DNA from: a virus
Virus record (IMG/VR): IMGVR_UViG_3300045988_053272
DNA: 55,242 nt
Reading direction: 5' to 3' (one strand)
Part shown: piece after piece, positions 32,351 through 43,000 of the stretch
How the letters are laid out: each line of letters begins with the position of its first letter
Numbering within the stretch: the first letter of the stretch is position 1
Notes under the pieces: model-generated
What the model was told of the DNA's origin: nothing
Databases searched by the model: none
The model's input: only the letters and a program-made list of their open reading frames with translations
Made by a program: the position numbers and the translations under genes

Positions 32351-33610
32351 ATGAGTATTCCGGCAAAGAGAGCTGGGCGAAAGTCTCCCGCCGTCAGCAT
32401 CTCGAAAAAGGTCTATACGATGGCCACGGTGGACGGCAGTGATGCCGAGATCACCATGTATGGAGACATCTACGAGGAGCAGCCCACGAACTGGTGGGGC
32501 GAGCCCGTCGAGGGGCAGTACATCCTTCTCTCCGAGTTTTTGGAGGACCTCAAGCAGATCTCCGGCTGCACGTCCATCACTATCCGCATGAACAGCTACG
32601 GCGGCGACGCCGGAGCATCCAACATGATCCACAACCGCCTGCGGGAGCTGGCGCGGAACGGCACGAAGCTTACCTGCATCGTGGACGGCGTTGCCATGAG
32701 CGGCGGCAGTCTTATCATGTGCGCCTGCGATACGGTCAGGGTCAATCCCTCCAGCCTCGTCATGATCCACAAATGCTGGACCTTCCTGTGGGGCGGCTAC
32801 AACGCCGACGAGCTACGGGAACAGGCTACCCAGCAGGAGGCGTGGGACAAGATGCAGATGGAGGTCTACACGCGCAAGACCGGGCTGTCGGCCACGGTGA
32901 TCTCCCACATGATGGCGGACACGACCTATATGACAGGCCGCGAGGCCATCGACAAGGGCTTTGCGGACGAACTGATCGAGGACGCGGAGCCGACCAGCAT
33001 CGCCGCCAGCGCGGACGGGCGCAGCCTGTTCGTGAACGGGCGGCAGATGCACCTTGCCCCCGGCATGTTTGCGCCGGACAACATTCCCACGGTCACACCC
33101 GAGGCCTCCGCCCCGGTTGAGACAGATAAAAACAAGCCGGAAGTCACCGGCGATGAAGGAGGAATTTCCATGACCAAGGAAGAGCTCCGGGCGAAGTACC
33201 CGGACGAGATCGCCCAGGTGGAGGCCGACGCCCGTGCTTCCGTCGATCACACTGAGGCGGTCAACACCGCGATCCAGGCCGAGCGTGCGCGTATGCAGGA
33301 GATCGACGAGATCTCCGGTCTGCTCGACGCGACGGACGTGCAGCAGGCCAAGTACGGTGACAAGCCCTGCTCTGCTGCCGACCTGCTGATGGCAGCGGCC
33401 AAGAACGCCGCCAAGCAGGGCAAGAAGTTTCTGACCGATCTGAAGGACGACAGCGAGGAATCCGGCGCCGAGGGCGTTCCCGCCGCTCCTGCCCCCGCAG
33501 TCGAAACGCCCGAGGGCGAAGACGGCGAGAAGAACGACACCCCCGAGGCGCGCATGACCAACGCCCGGAGCATGGTCGCTGACCTGCTGGGCAAGAAGAA
33601 GGAGGGCTAA
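32351..33610 (+). CDS. ClpP/S49-type head maturation protease fused to a scaffold-like C-terminal region (419 aa)
   Basis: ITIRMNSYGGDAGASNMIHNRL...VDGVAMSGGSLIMCACD...LVMIHK. Acidic/Ala-rich coiled C-terminal half. Confidence 0.85.
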   Translation: MSIPAKRAGRKSPAVSISKKVYTMATVDGSDAEITMYGDIYEEQPTNWWGEPVEGQYILLSEFLEDLKQISGCTSITIRMNSYGGDAGASNMIHNRLRELARNGTKLTCIVDGVAMSGGSLIMCACDTVRVNPSSLVMIHKCWTFLWGGYNADELREQATQQEAWDKMQMEVYTRKTGLSATVISHMMADTTYMTGREAIDKGFADELIEDAEPTSIAASADGRSLFVNGRQMHLAPGMFAPDNIPTVTPEASAPVETDKNKPEVTGDEGGISMTKEELRAKYPDEIAQVEADARASVDHTEAVNTAIQAERARMQEIDEISGLLDATDVQQAKYGDKPCSAADLLMAAAKNAAKQGKKFLTDLKDDSEESGAEGVPAAPAPAVETPEGEDGEKNDTPEARMTNARSMVADLLGKKKEG

Positions 33611-33614
33611 GAAC

Positions 33615-34019
33615 ATGATCAATCTGAGTGAAAAGCTCGGCGAGATGACCTTTGACGGTCTGATCACCGACATCAAGCCCGCACCCGAAGTGCGCGGCGG
33701 CGTTATCCGCAAGCTGTCCGCTGCGGCCACGCTCAAGCGCGGCACCATTCTTGCCAAGTCCTCCGGCACGGCCGGCGACGGCAAGCTGGTCGTTCTCGGC
33801 AGCACGGCCAAGGAAAACGAGACCCTGACCCCCGACTGCATCCTGTGCGACGACATCGACGTCGGCACCGCCGCCGACGAGAAGGTGGCAGTCTACACCG
33901 CCGGCTGCTTCGACATCGGCAAGGTGACGGTCTCGGCCAGCTACACCATCACCGAGAGCGATAAGGACAACCTGCGTATGCGCGGCATCGTCTTCAAGGC
34001 TGCCGCCGCTGCCAACTAA
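33615..34019 (+). CDS. Head decoration protein (lambda gpD-like), 134 aa
   Basis: Size and position immediately upstream of the major capsid gene. Gly/Ala/Thr-rich composition. Confidence 0.65.
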   Translation: MINLSEKLGEMTFDGLITDIKPAPEVRGGVIRKLSAAATLKRGTILAKSSGTAGDGKLVVLGSTAKENETLTPDCILCDDIDVGTAADEKVAVYTAGCFDIGKVTVSASYTITESDKDNLRMRGIVFKAAAAAN

Positions 34020-34033
34020 GGAGGGAATCAACA

Positions 34034-35107
34034 ATGGCTGAACTGAATTTCTTCGATACCTATGTGCTGATGGCGATCGCCGAGGAGATCGTTCCTCAGC
34101 AGACCTTTTTCCGCGACCGCTACTTTCCCACCGGGGAGCGCGACATCTTCGCCTGCGACAAGGTACTGACCGAGTACCGCAAGGGCGACCGCAAGATGGC
34201 GGCGTTCGTCTCCGCCCACGCCGGTGACATCCCCATGGACCGCATCGGCTATGCCATCCATGAGTACCAGCCCGCTTTCATCGCGCCGTCCCGTCTGCTG
34301 ACGCTGGATGACCTGACCAAGCGCGGCTTCGGCGAGGCGATCTACGCCAACAGCACCCCCGCCCAGCGCGCGGCGCGTCTGCAGCTGGACGATCTGACCG
34401 ACATGGACCGCCGCATCGTACGCCGCGAGGAGTGGATGTGCGCGCAGACCATGATCAACAACGCCTGCACCATGCAGACCTACATCGACGACAAGACCGA
34501 GGGTGAGAAGCTGTATGTCAAGTTCTTCGATGACGCCAGCGACCACACCTATACCGTGGCCACCAAGTGGAACGCCACGGGCGGCGACTTCTTCGGCGAT
34601 GTGAAGGCCATGTGCCGCAAGCTCTCCAAGCGCGGCCTGCGCGCGGCCGACCTGGTGCTCGGCTCTGACGTAGCCGACGCGATCCTCGACATGGAGAAGG
34701 TGCAGAAGCTGCTCGACCGCAACAGCGGCATCATCATCGGTACCATCGACCAGGAGCTCAGCCGCTACGATGGCGTGGTCTATATGGGTACGCTTAATTT
34801 CGGCGGCTTCAAGCTGAACCTGATCTCCGTAGACGAAACCTACATCGACAACAACGGTACCGAGCAGAAGTATTTCCCCGCCACCTCCGCCATGGTCACC
34901 GCCCCTGGCTGCGGCCATCTGATGTACGGCCAGATCACCCAGATCGACTACGGCTCCACCGCCTTTGCCAGTCATGCCGCGGCCCGCGTTCCGAAGTTCT
35001 CTCTGAACCAGGAGGCGGACATCCGCAAGCTGCGTCTGGGCGCGCGTCCGCTGGCTGCTCCTCATAACTACTGCCCGTACATCTACGCGGCCGAAGTTGT
35101 GTCCTGA
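34034..35107 (+). CDS. Major capsid protein, lambda gpE family (357 aa)
   Basis: MAELNFFDTYVLMAIAEEIVPQQTFFRDRYFP... is typical of the capsid protein E family. Position supports the call. Confidence 0.85.
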   Translation: MAELNFFDTYVLMAIAEEIVPQQTFFRDRYFPTGERDIFACDKVLTEYRKGDRKMAAFVSAHAGDIPMDRIGYAIHEYQPAFIAPSRLLTLDDLTKRGFGEAIYANSTPAQRAARLQLDDLTDMDRRIVRREEWMCAQTMINNACTMQTYIDDKTEGEKLYVKFFDDASDHTYTVATKWNATGGDFFGDVKAMCRKLSKRGLRAADLVLGSDVADAILDMEKVQKLLDRNSGIIIGTIDQELSRYDGVVYMGTLNFGGFKLNLISVDETYIDNNGTEQKYFPATSAMVTAPGCGHLMYGQITQIDYGSTAFASHAAARVPKFSLNQEADIRKLRLGARPLAAPHNYCPYIYAAEVVS

Positions 35108-35130
35108 CCCGGCGCGGAAAGGAGACTGCT

Positions 35131-35604
35131 ATGACGAAAATTGAGATCATCTGCGGCACATACGGCTACAGACCGGATGGCTCGAAGCACCCTATTCCCA
35201 TCGACCGCGGCGGTATCTGTGAGGTCTCCGAAGAGGAGGCGCAGCGCCTTTTTGCCCTGTGTGTCGCCCGCCCCGCCGAGGAAACGCCCGCTCCCGCCGT
35301 TGCAACGCCCCCTGCGGGCGAGGACGGCGGCGGGGCTGGCGCTGACCCATCTAACAGCGACGAGGGCGCAGAGGACGCGGAAAGCGCCCATCTTGACCCC
35401 GAGCAGCTCAAAACGCTGACCAACGCCAAACTCACGGAGCTGGCCAAGGAGATGGGTATCGACACCGCTAAGCTCAAGACCAAGGCGCAGCTGATCGCCG
35501 CCATTACGGATGTTCCGCTGGAGGACGCGATCGCCGAGGACGACGACGGCGTGGACGACGGCGAAGCGCCCCCTGTGCTGACGCCGGAGGCTCCTGTGGT
35601 ATGA
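35131..35604 (+). CDS. Hypothetical head-associated protein with HeH/SAP-like motif (157 aa)
   Basis: LKTLTNAKLTELAKEMGIDTAKLKTKAQLIAAI. Confidence 0.55.
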   Translation: MTKIEIICGTYGYRPDGSKHPIPIDRGGICEVSEEEAQRLFALCVARPAEETPAPAVATPPAGEDGGGAGADPSNSDEGAEDAESAHLDPEQLKTLTNAKLTELAKEMGIDTAKLKTKAQLIAAITDVPLEDAIAEDDDGVDDGEAPPVLTPEAPVV

Positions 35605-35969
35605 GCGGCTTCAAGGATATGGTCGCCCGCGACAACTTCGGCGTGTTCCTCAACTGTGACGAGTTCGCAGAGAAGCGCACCGTCAAGTATGATGGGGCGA
35701 CCTACGAGGATATCCCCATCGTCCTCTCCGGTCTGAAGGAGAAGGATCGCCGTCAGCTGATGAGCGACCATGCCCAGGGGCTTTACATCGTCTCTTCCGT
35801 TCTCCACTGCGCCCTGTCCGATCTCGGCGGGGCGCAGCCGGAGCGGGGACAGCGTATCCGGATCAACGACCAGGAGGGCGGCGGGGGCTTCTTCCGCGAG
35901 TTCTACGTCGCGTCTTCGGTCTGCGAGATGGGTATGCTCCGCGTGGAATTGGAGGCGGTTGACGAATGA
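35601..35969 (+). CDS. Putative head-tail connector protein (122 aa)
   Basis: Position. ATGA overlap. Confidence 0.5.
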   Translation: MSGFKDMVARDNFGVFLNCDEFAEKRTVKYDGATYEDIPIVLSGLKEKDRRQLMSDHAQGLYIVSSVLHCALSDLGGAQPERGQRIRINDQEGGGGFFREFYVASSVCEMGMLRVELEAVDE

Positions 35970-36538
35970 GCTTTATCCGCGTCAACGAGGTCGGCGACGA
36001 CAGCCTGGAGCGCGTGAACAAGCTGCTGCACAACGTGCCGGGCGGCGTTTACAAGGCGGCGTTCTCCGCGCTGAAACGCGCCGGAGACACAGCCAAGACC
36101 CGCGCCGGACAGTTCGCCGCCGCCGAGTACACCATCAACAAGGGCGATTTCATGCGCAACGTCCATTCCAAGAGCCACATCACGGGCGGCGCAGGGGGCG
36201 TGATGGGTATGAGCATCAGCTTCTCCGGCACCGTCCTTCCGCTGCTGACCTTCAACACCACCTACAGCCGGGACGGCACCGTTCAGACGCAGGTCAAGCG
36301 TAACGGCGGAGCCGCCACCTTGCAGCACGCTTTCGTGGCAAAGATATTCGGCCCGACCGCCGTATTTGAGCGCGTCGGCGCGCCCCGCTTTCCCGTGGAG
36401 CAGAAGTTCGGCCCGTCCACCGGCCATATGATGCGGAACGAAGAGGTCATCGAGAAGATGGACGAGACGATTCGCGACACCTACGAAAAGCGCATCGAGC
36501 ATGAAATACTGCGCGTACTGAACGGATGGGGAGGCTGA
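35966..36538 (+). CDS. Putative neck / head-completion protein (190 aa)
   Basis: Position between the capsid and sheath genes. Family not resolved. Confidence 0.5.
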   Translation: MSFIRVNEVGDDSLERVNKLLHNVPGGVYKAAFSALKRAGDTAKTRAGQFAAAEYTINKGDFMRNVHSKSHITGGAGGVMGMSISFSGTVLPLLTFNTTYSRDGTVQTQVKRNGGAATLQHAFVAKIFGPTAVFERVGAPRFPVEQKFGPSTGHMMRNEEVIEKMDETIRDTYEKRIEHEILRVLNGWGG

Positions 36539-36541
36539 TTT

Positions 36542-37027
36542 ATGACGAGAATTATTCTGCTGGAACGCCTGCGGGACTTCACCAAGGAGGCCACCGCCGA
36601 CCTGATCATGCCGACCAGAATGCAGAAGGGAGACACGGAGCAGGGCTACCGCCCGGCCGACGTCTACCTGACGCGCCTGCCTGACGGAACTTCCGCCACC
36701 AAGAAAGCCCCCTATGTGCTGCACCAGATCATCACCGGCATGGATCAGCAGCCGCAGGGACAGCGCGTGACCTCCAGCGCAAAGGTGCGCTCCATCTGCT
36801 GCGTCTATAACGATGACGAGCAGGAGGGCGGATTGATGCTGCTGAACCTCATGGAGCGCATCCGCGTGGCGCTGCTGCGGCAGGTCGTCATCGGAGAGCA
36901 GTTCACCCTTGATCTGGAAGCAGGGCTTGAGGTGCTGGTCTATCCCGATGACACCGCCCCCTATTTCGTGGGAGAAATGATCTCCACATGGATACTTCCC
37001 CCCGTGGAAAGAGAGGTTAACTTATGA
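36542..37027 (+). CDS. Putative neck / tail-completion protein (161 aa)
   Basis: Position. Confidence 0.5.
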   Translation: MTRIILLERLRDFTKEATADLIMPTRMQKGDTEQGYRPADVYLTRLPDGTSATKKAPYVLHQIITGMDQQPQGQRVTSSAKVRSICCVYNDDEQEGGLMLLNLMERIRVALLRQVVIGEQFTLDLEAGLEVLVYPDDTAPYFVGEMISTWILPPVEREVNL

Positions 37028-37359
37028 GCGAAAAAATCATCGACACGGCGGAGCAGACCGCCGAAGCCGCGCCCAAGGCGGCAAAGAAAAAGCCCGCCGC
37101 GCTGAAGAAGCCTGCCGACAGCGGCAGCTTCTGCGTCTATCTCGGGCCGACCATGATGGGCGTGATCCAGCGCGGCACCATCTATCGCGGCGGCCGGAAG
37201 GAAGTCCTTGACGCCCTCGCCCCTGTGATCGCACAGTACCCGCTGATCGCGTCGCTGGTGGTGAGCGACGAAACGCTTCCCACCGACCGTATCAAAGTCA
37301 AAACGCCCGGCAACCTGCTGTATGTGAATTATCACAAGCTGGCCAAGGGCATGAAGTAA
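37024..37359 (+). CDS. Hypothetical virion-module protein (111 aa)
   Basis: Position. ATGA overlap. Confidence 0.5.
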   Translation: MSEKIIDTAEQTAEAAPKAAKKKPAALKKPADSGSFCVYLGPTMMGVIQRGTIYRGGRKEVLDALAPVIAQYPLIASLVVSDETLPTDRIKVKTPGNLLYVNYHKLAKGMK

Positions 37360-37372
37360 GGAGGAATTTTCA

Positions 37373-38794
37373 ATGAACCACGGCGTATATGTTTCTCAGC
37401 TGGCAACCAGCGTCAGTACCCCTGTCGTGGCGGAGTCCGGCATTCCCTTCGTAGTCGGTCTGGCTCCTGTTCAGGCGGCGGATAAGCCTGCTGCCCCCGG
37501 CACCCCTGTTCTCTGCACCAGCTGGTCGGAGGCGGTGGAGAAGCTGGGCTACTCCGACGACTGGGCAACCTACACGCTCTGCGAATTCATGTATTCGCAC
37601 TTCAAGCTGTTCGCCTGCCAGCCTGTCATTTTCTGCAATGTTCTGGATATCGCCACCGCAAAGGAGGCGTCTGCCGCGGCTGATGTTGCGGTGACGGAGC
37701 ACAAGGTGAAGCTTCCCATCGCGGCCATCAACGATTCCGCGCTGGTCATCAAGCCTGCCGGCGGTACCGGCTCTGCCTATGTGTCCGGCACCGACTATAA
37801 CGCCTATTACAGCGGCGAGCATCTGGTAGTGGAGCTGCTGTCTACCGGCAGCGCCTATGATGCCGAGCAGGTAAACATCGCCTACAACAAGGTCAAGGCG
37901 TCCACCGTCACCGCATCTGACATCGCCTCCGCGATGGAGAATGTGGAGCTGTGCCTGACCCTGCTGGGCATCGTCCCCGATCTGCTGTGCGCCCCCGGCT
38001 ATTCTCAGCAGTCTACCGTGGCTGCTGCAATGACCGCCAAGGCAGGCAACATCAACGGCCTGTTCCGCGCCAAGGCGCTGATCGACATCGACTGCGGCGC
38101 TTCCGGCGCGCGCGCCTATTCCGATGTTCTCACCAAGAAGAACGCCGCCAACATCGCCGACGAGGACGAGATCGCCTTCTGGCCGATGGCGAAGCTGGGC
38201 GATTATAAGTTCCACCTGTCTACCCAGATGGCGGGTCTGATGGCGCAGACCGACACCGGCAACGGCGGCTGCCCCTACGAGTCTCCCTCCAATAAGGGGC
38301 TGCAGTGCGACGGCCTCTGCCTGGAGGACGGCACCGAGGTCAACCTGACGCTTGCGCAGGCCAACTACCTCAACGGCATCGGCGTGGATACTGCGCTGAA
38401 CTTCATGAGCGGCTGGGTGGCGTGGGGCAACTACACCGCCTGCTATCCCTCCAACACCGATGTCAAGGATTACTTTATCCCGGTCAGCCGTATGTTCGGC
38501 TGGGTCGGCAACTCTCTCGTCAAGACCTTCTGGAGCAAGCTGGACAAGCCTATGACCCGCCGCCTGATCGACACCGTTCTCGATTCCGCCAACATCTGGC
38601 TCAACGGTCTGGTGGGTATGGGCTACCTTCTGGGCGCTCGCGTGGAGATGCTGGAAAACGAAAACCCGCTGACCAACCTCATGGCCGGCATCATCAAGCT
38701 CCATGTCTACATGACGCCGCCCTCTCCCGCTCAGGAGATCGACTTCGTGCTGGAGTATGACGCCAGCTATGTCACCAGCGCCCTGCAGGGCTAA
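37373..38794 (+). CDS. Contractile tail sheath protein (473 aa)
   Basis: N-terminus MNHGVYVSQLATSV...GIPFVVGLAP is typical of sheath proteins. Followed by the tube gene. Confidence 0.85.
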   Translation: MNHGVYVSQLATSVSTPVVAESGIPFVVGLAPVQAADKPAAPGTPVLCTSWSEAVEKLGYSDDWATYTLCEFMYSHFKLFACQPVIFCNVLDIATAKEASAAADVAVTEHKVKLPIAAINDSALVIKPAGGTGSAYVSGTDYNAYYSGEHLVVELLSTGSAYDAEQVNIAYNKVKASTVTASDIASAMENVELCLTLLGIVPDLLCAPGYSQQSTVAAAMTAKAGNINGLFRAKALIDIDCGASGARAYSDVLTKKNAANIADEDEIAFWPMAKLGDYKFHLSTQMAGLMAQTDTGNGGCPYESPSNKGLQCDGLCLEDGTEVNLTLAQANYLNGIGVDTALNFMSGWVAWGNYTACYPSNTDVKDYFIPVSRMFGWVGNSLVKTFWSKLDKPMTRRLIDTVLDSANIWLNGLVGMGYLLGARVEMLENENPLTNLMAGIIKLHVYMTPPSPAQEIDFVLEYDASYVTSALQG

Positions 38795-38809
38795 AAGGAG
38801 GTTTGAATC

Positions 38810-39319
38810 ATGGATCAGAGCATTATCAACTTCAAGGTCTACGAGGACTCTGTTGAATATGTCGGTATGGCACAGGCGACCCTGCCTGACCTGACCGCGC
38901 TGACGCAGTCCATCTCTGGCGCCGGCATCGCAGGCAATGTGGAGTCGGTCATTCTCGGCCACTTCGACGCGATGACGCTGGGCCTCAACTTCCGCACCGT
39001 CACCGACCAGAGCGTGAAGCTCTCCGAACCCCGCCGCCACACCATCGACCTGCGCGTTGCGCAGCAGGACGAGGACGTTGTGGCTGGCAAGGTGGTCGTG
39101 CGCGCCGTCAAGCATATTCTTGTGGTCATCCCCAAGAGCGACAAGGGCGGCTCCGTTGCCCCTGCAGCGCCCTCCAACGGCTCCGGCGAGTACGCTGTCC
39201 GCTACTGGGCGACCTACATCGACGGCAAGAAGGTGCGCGAGGTCGACCAGCTGAATTTCATCTGCTATGTCAACGGCACCGATTACCTTGCCGACGTCCG
39301 CAAGGCGCTCGGCATGTAA
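38810..39319 (+). CDS. Tail tube protein (P2 FII-like), 169 aa
   Basis: INFKVYEDSVEYVGMAQATLPDL... Position after the sheath gene. Confidence 0.8.
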   Translation: MDQSIINFKVYEDSVEYVGMAQATLPDLTALTQSISGAGIAGNVESVILGHFDAMTLGLNFRTVTDQSVKLSEPRRHTIDLRVAQQDEDVVAGKVVVRAVKHILVVIPKSDKGGSVAPAAPSNGSGEYAVRYWATYIDGKKVREVDQLNFICYVNGTDYLADVRKALGM

Positions 39320-39332
39320 GAACACGAACAAC

Positions 39333-39366
39333 GCCCGGGGCGGGAGATCCGCTCCGGGCATCTTTT
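39333..39366 (+). terminator. Rho-independent terminator after the tube gene
   Basis: GCCCGG...CCGGGC stem (39333-39359) followed by aTCTTTTT. Confidence 0.6.
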
Positions 39367-39390
39367 TGAGATTTGAAAGGAGTTTTTATC

Positions 39391-39816
39391 ATGGCTGATA
39401 CCAACAAGACTTTTGTCCCCGCTGATGCTTTCTCTACCGTCGACCATGACGAGTACGCGGCGGCTGAGGCACAGGCAAAGAAGAGTGAGGGCAACTACAC
39501 TCTCAAGCTGAAAAAGCCTTTCACCTATGAGGGGCAGACCTTCGACGAGCTGAACTTTGACTTTGAGGGACTGACCGGTGATGATGCCCTCGCCATCGAG
39601 GACGAGCTTCAGGCCATCGGTAAGCCTACCATCTCGCCCACCTTCTCCGGACAGTTCCTTGTGCGCATGGCGGCGCGAGCCTGCACCAACACCATTGTTG
39701 ACGCCAGCGGCCACCCCCGGCGCATCGGCGATGACGCCCTGCGCGCTCTGCCGATTTTTGAGTTTAACCGCGTCAGAGGCAAGGCCCGCTCTTTTTTGCT
39801 GGCATCGGAGCTGTAA
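39391..39816 (+). CDS. Tail assembly chaperone, short form (141 aa)
   Basis: ORF 39373..39816 trimmed to ATG 39391 (AAAGGAG RBS). Located between the tube and tape-measure genes. Confidence 0.75.
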   Translation: MADTNKTFVPADAFSTVDHDEYAAAEAQAKKSEGNYTLKLKKPFTYEGQTFDELNFDFEGLTGDDALAIEDELQAIGKPTISPTFSGQFLVRMAARACTNTIVDASGHPRRIGDDALRALPIFEFNRVRGKARSFLLASEL

Positions 39817-39983
39817 CCGGCGACGGCGGCGTTTGGCTCCGCAGGCAATGCCTTACCATGGCAAAAACCAATCAGACCCCCGTTTCCTACTGGCTGTCGC
39901 TGCCATTGCCATCCCTGTGTAAGTGGATCAAGGTCAGCAATCAGCTTGTGAAAGAAGCCCGGGAAAGACGCAAGCAGAAATAA
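39391..39983 (+). CDS. Tail assembly chaperone, -1 frameshift-extended form (about 197 aa)
   Basis: Slippery heptamer T_TTT_TTG at 39792-39798. The -1 frame stays open to TAA at 39981-39983. The extension (YWLSLPLPSLCKWIKVSNQLVKEARERRKQK) resembles the P2 GpE tail. Confidence 0.65.
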
Positions 39984-40002
39984 TCTGAAAGGAGGGCCGT
40001 CT

Positions 40003-43000
40003 ATGGCAGGCCGCAAAGAGTATGAGATGCTATTCCAGCTGAACGCGCAGCTTGGAGGCAGTTACAGCAAGACCTTTAAGGCCGCTCAGCAGGAAATTGT
40101 GTCCATGCAGAAGGAAATCCAGGCCCTCTCCAAGACACAGGCGGATATTTCCGCATTCCAAAAGCAGCAGGCAGCCGTGGAAGCGACACGGAAGCGGCTG
40201 GAAATGCTGCGGCAGCAATATGACAATATCCAGCGGGAGATGGAGGAGACCGGCAACGAGTCCGCCGACATGAAGAACAAGCTGCTGGCAAAGCAGCTTC
40301 AGATCGACAAGACCTCTGCCTCGCTGGAAAAACAGACCACAAAGCTGAATGAGCTGAGTTCGGCGCTGGAAGAGGCGGGCGTCAATACCGACGACCTCTC
40401 CCACAGCTCCGAACAGCTCTCCGGCAAAATCGACGATCTGAAAAAGAAACAGGGCGAAGCGGCGGACAAGGCTATGACCTTCGGCGACAAGGCGGGGCAG
40501 GCCTTTAATCAGGTACACGAGGCCATCGTGGCCGCAGGTATCGCCGTCGCCCTGAAAGAGATCTACGAATACTTCGCCAGCTGCGCGCAGGCGTCGATGG
40601 ACTTTGAGAGCGCCATTACCGGCGTCGCCAAGACCACAGACCTCACAGACGAGGAACTGGCGGCGATGTCGGACTCCATCAAGGCACTGTCCACGGAGAT
40701 CCCCGCCACTACTGAGGAGATCGCGGCAGTTGCCGAGGCTGCCGGACAGCTGGGCATTCAGAAGGACGTCCTGCTGGACTTCACCGAAATTATGACCATG
40801 CTCGGCACCGCCACCAACATGACGGCGGACGAGGCGGCGACCGCCCTTGCGCGCTTCGCCAACATCACCGGCATGGCGACGGACAATTACGGGCGGCTCG
40901 GCTCCGTCATCGTCGACCTCGGCAACAACTTCGCCACGACGGAATCCGAGATCGTGGCGATGGGTACGCGCCTGGCGTCGGCGGGTAAGCTGGCCGGACT
41001 GACCGAGCCGGAGATCATGGCTCTGGCGGCGGCGATGTCCTCTGTCGGCATCGAAGCCGAGGCGGGCGGTACCGCCATGACCCAGACGCTCAACGCCATT
41101 GAAAAGGCCGTTGCAAAGGGCGGGGACGACCTCGCGGAGTTCGCCCGTATCGCGGGTATGTCCTCCGAAGAATTTTCTTCTGCGTGGAAGAACGACGCCA
41201 TGAGCGCCCTGACTTCCTTTATCGGTGGGCTCGGCAAGCTGGACGAGCAGGGCGAGAGCACCGTCCTCGTACTGGAAGACCTGGGTCTGACCGGCATCCG
41301 GCAGAGCAATATGCTCAAAGCCCTGGGTCTTGCCGCAGACCAGATGACCGGCGCGGTGAACACTGCAAATACCGCCTGGCAGCAGAATACCGCCCTCACC
41401 AACGAGGCCAACAAGCGCTACGCCACCGCGCAGAGCCGGTTGACCATGATGCAGAACGCCTACAACAACCTCAAGGTAGCCATCGGCGACGCCTATACTC
41501 CCGCGCTCAGCGAGGCTTACGGCGTCGGCACGAAGGTCCTCAACGAAATCACCAAATTCGTTCAAGCAAATCCTGGGGTCGTTGCCGCTATAACTGGACT
41601 GTCTGCTGCGTTGGGAGCTGCCGCAGTTGCGGCGGCAGCTTTTGCGTTGAAAGCGAAGATCGCAGCAGCCGCTGCGGCTTTCCTCACCACCGTAACGCCT
41701 GGCGTTAATTTGATTATGGGCGTTGCGGCAGCCGTGGGAGTTGTTACAGCAGGAATTATTGCCCTTGCTTCCTCCGCAGCGAATGACGCCGTACCCAGTG
41801 TGAAGGAGCTGACCGAAGCCGCCCGAGGAATGCGGGAGGCGATGGACGAGGCCAAGGCCACCTATGATGATACCGTTACCTCCACCATGGCCGCTGCAGG
41901 CGTCGCAGACACCTACATCGGCAAGCTGGAGGAGCTGGAGGCGGCGGGGCTCAATACCGACGAGCAGCACAGGCAGTACCACAACACCCTGGCTCTGCTC
42001 TGCCAGGTGGTGCCGGAACTGGCCGATTATATCGACCTCGAAACCGACACCATCAACGGCGGTACCGAAGCACTCCGCGCCAACACCGAGGCGTGGAAGC
42101 AGAATGCCATGCAGCAGGCCTATCAGAATCAGCTCACCGAGCTGTACTCCCAGTATTCCGCCGTGCTGATCGAGGCAGAAGAAAACAGCATCGGGCTCAC
42201 CAAGGCGCAGTACAGCTTGGAGGCCGCCCAGCAGAAGCTGTCTGATACCTACGCGCAGATGGATGCGCTATGGGCAGACGCGCAGAAGCAGGCGGATGCC
42301 TATTACGACCAGTACGGCTATTACACCGATGCGACCGCTTTTCTCTCGCAGGAATACTACGACCTGCAAAACTCCATCTACGACACCAACAACGAGATAT
42401 GGGCGGCTGAGAAGTCCATCAAGAATTACAACAAGGCGATGGAGGAGGACGCAGACGCCGTTTCCGAGGCTGAGGCGGAGATCGCCCTCGCGGAAGAGGC
42501 GGTCAAAAATCTGACCGCCGCCATGAACGAAGGCACTGGCGCGTCCGAGGAGGCTGCTGCACAGGCCGGCGAGTTCCAGGCTGCCATCTCCGGCGTGCAG
42601 GAAAAGATCAATGCCCTTGTGGAGTCCTACAACGAGGCGTACAGTGCGGCATACGAAAGCATATCCGGACAGTATCAGCTTTGGGACGAGGCCGCAAAGG
42701 TCGTTGCAACCAGCGCAGGCAGCATCAATTCTGCGCTGGAGAGCCAGATCACCTACTGGCAGGACTACAACGCCAACCTGCAATCCCTGACTGACCGCAG
42801 CGCCGACATCGAGGGGCTGAGCGACATGATCGCCTCCTTTGCTGACGGTAGTTCCGACAGCGTGAACGCGATCGCCGGCATGGCAGGCGCCACTGACGAG
42901 CAGCTGGCCACGATGGTAGCCAACTGGAAGACTCTGCAGCAGGAGCAGCAGAACGCAGCGGGGAGCGTAGCCGACCTCAAGACCGACTTCACGGCCACCA

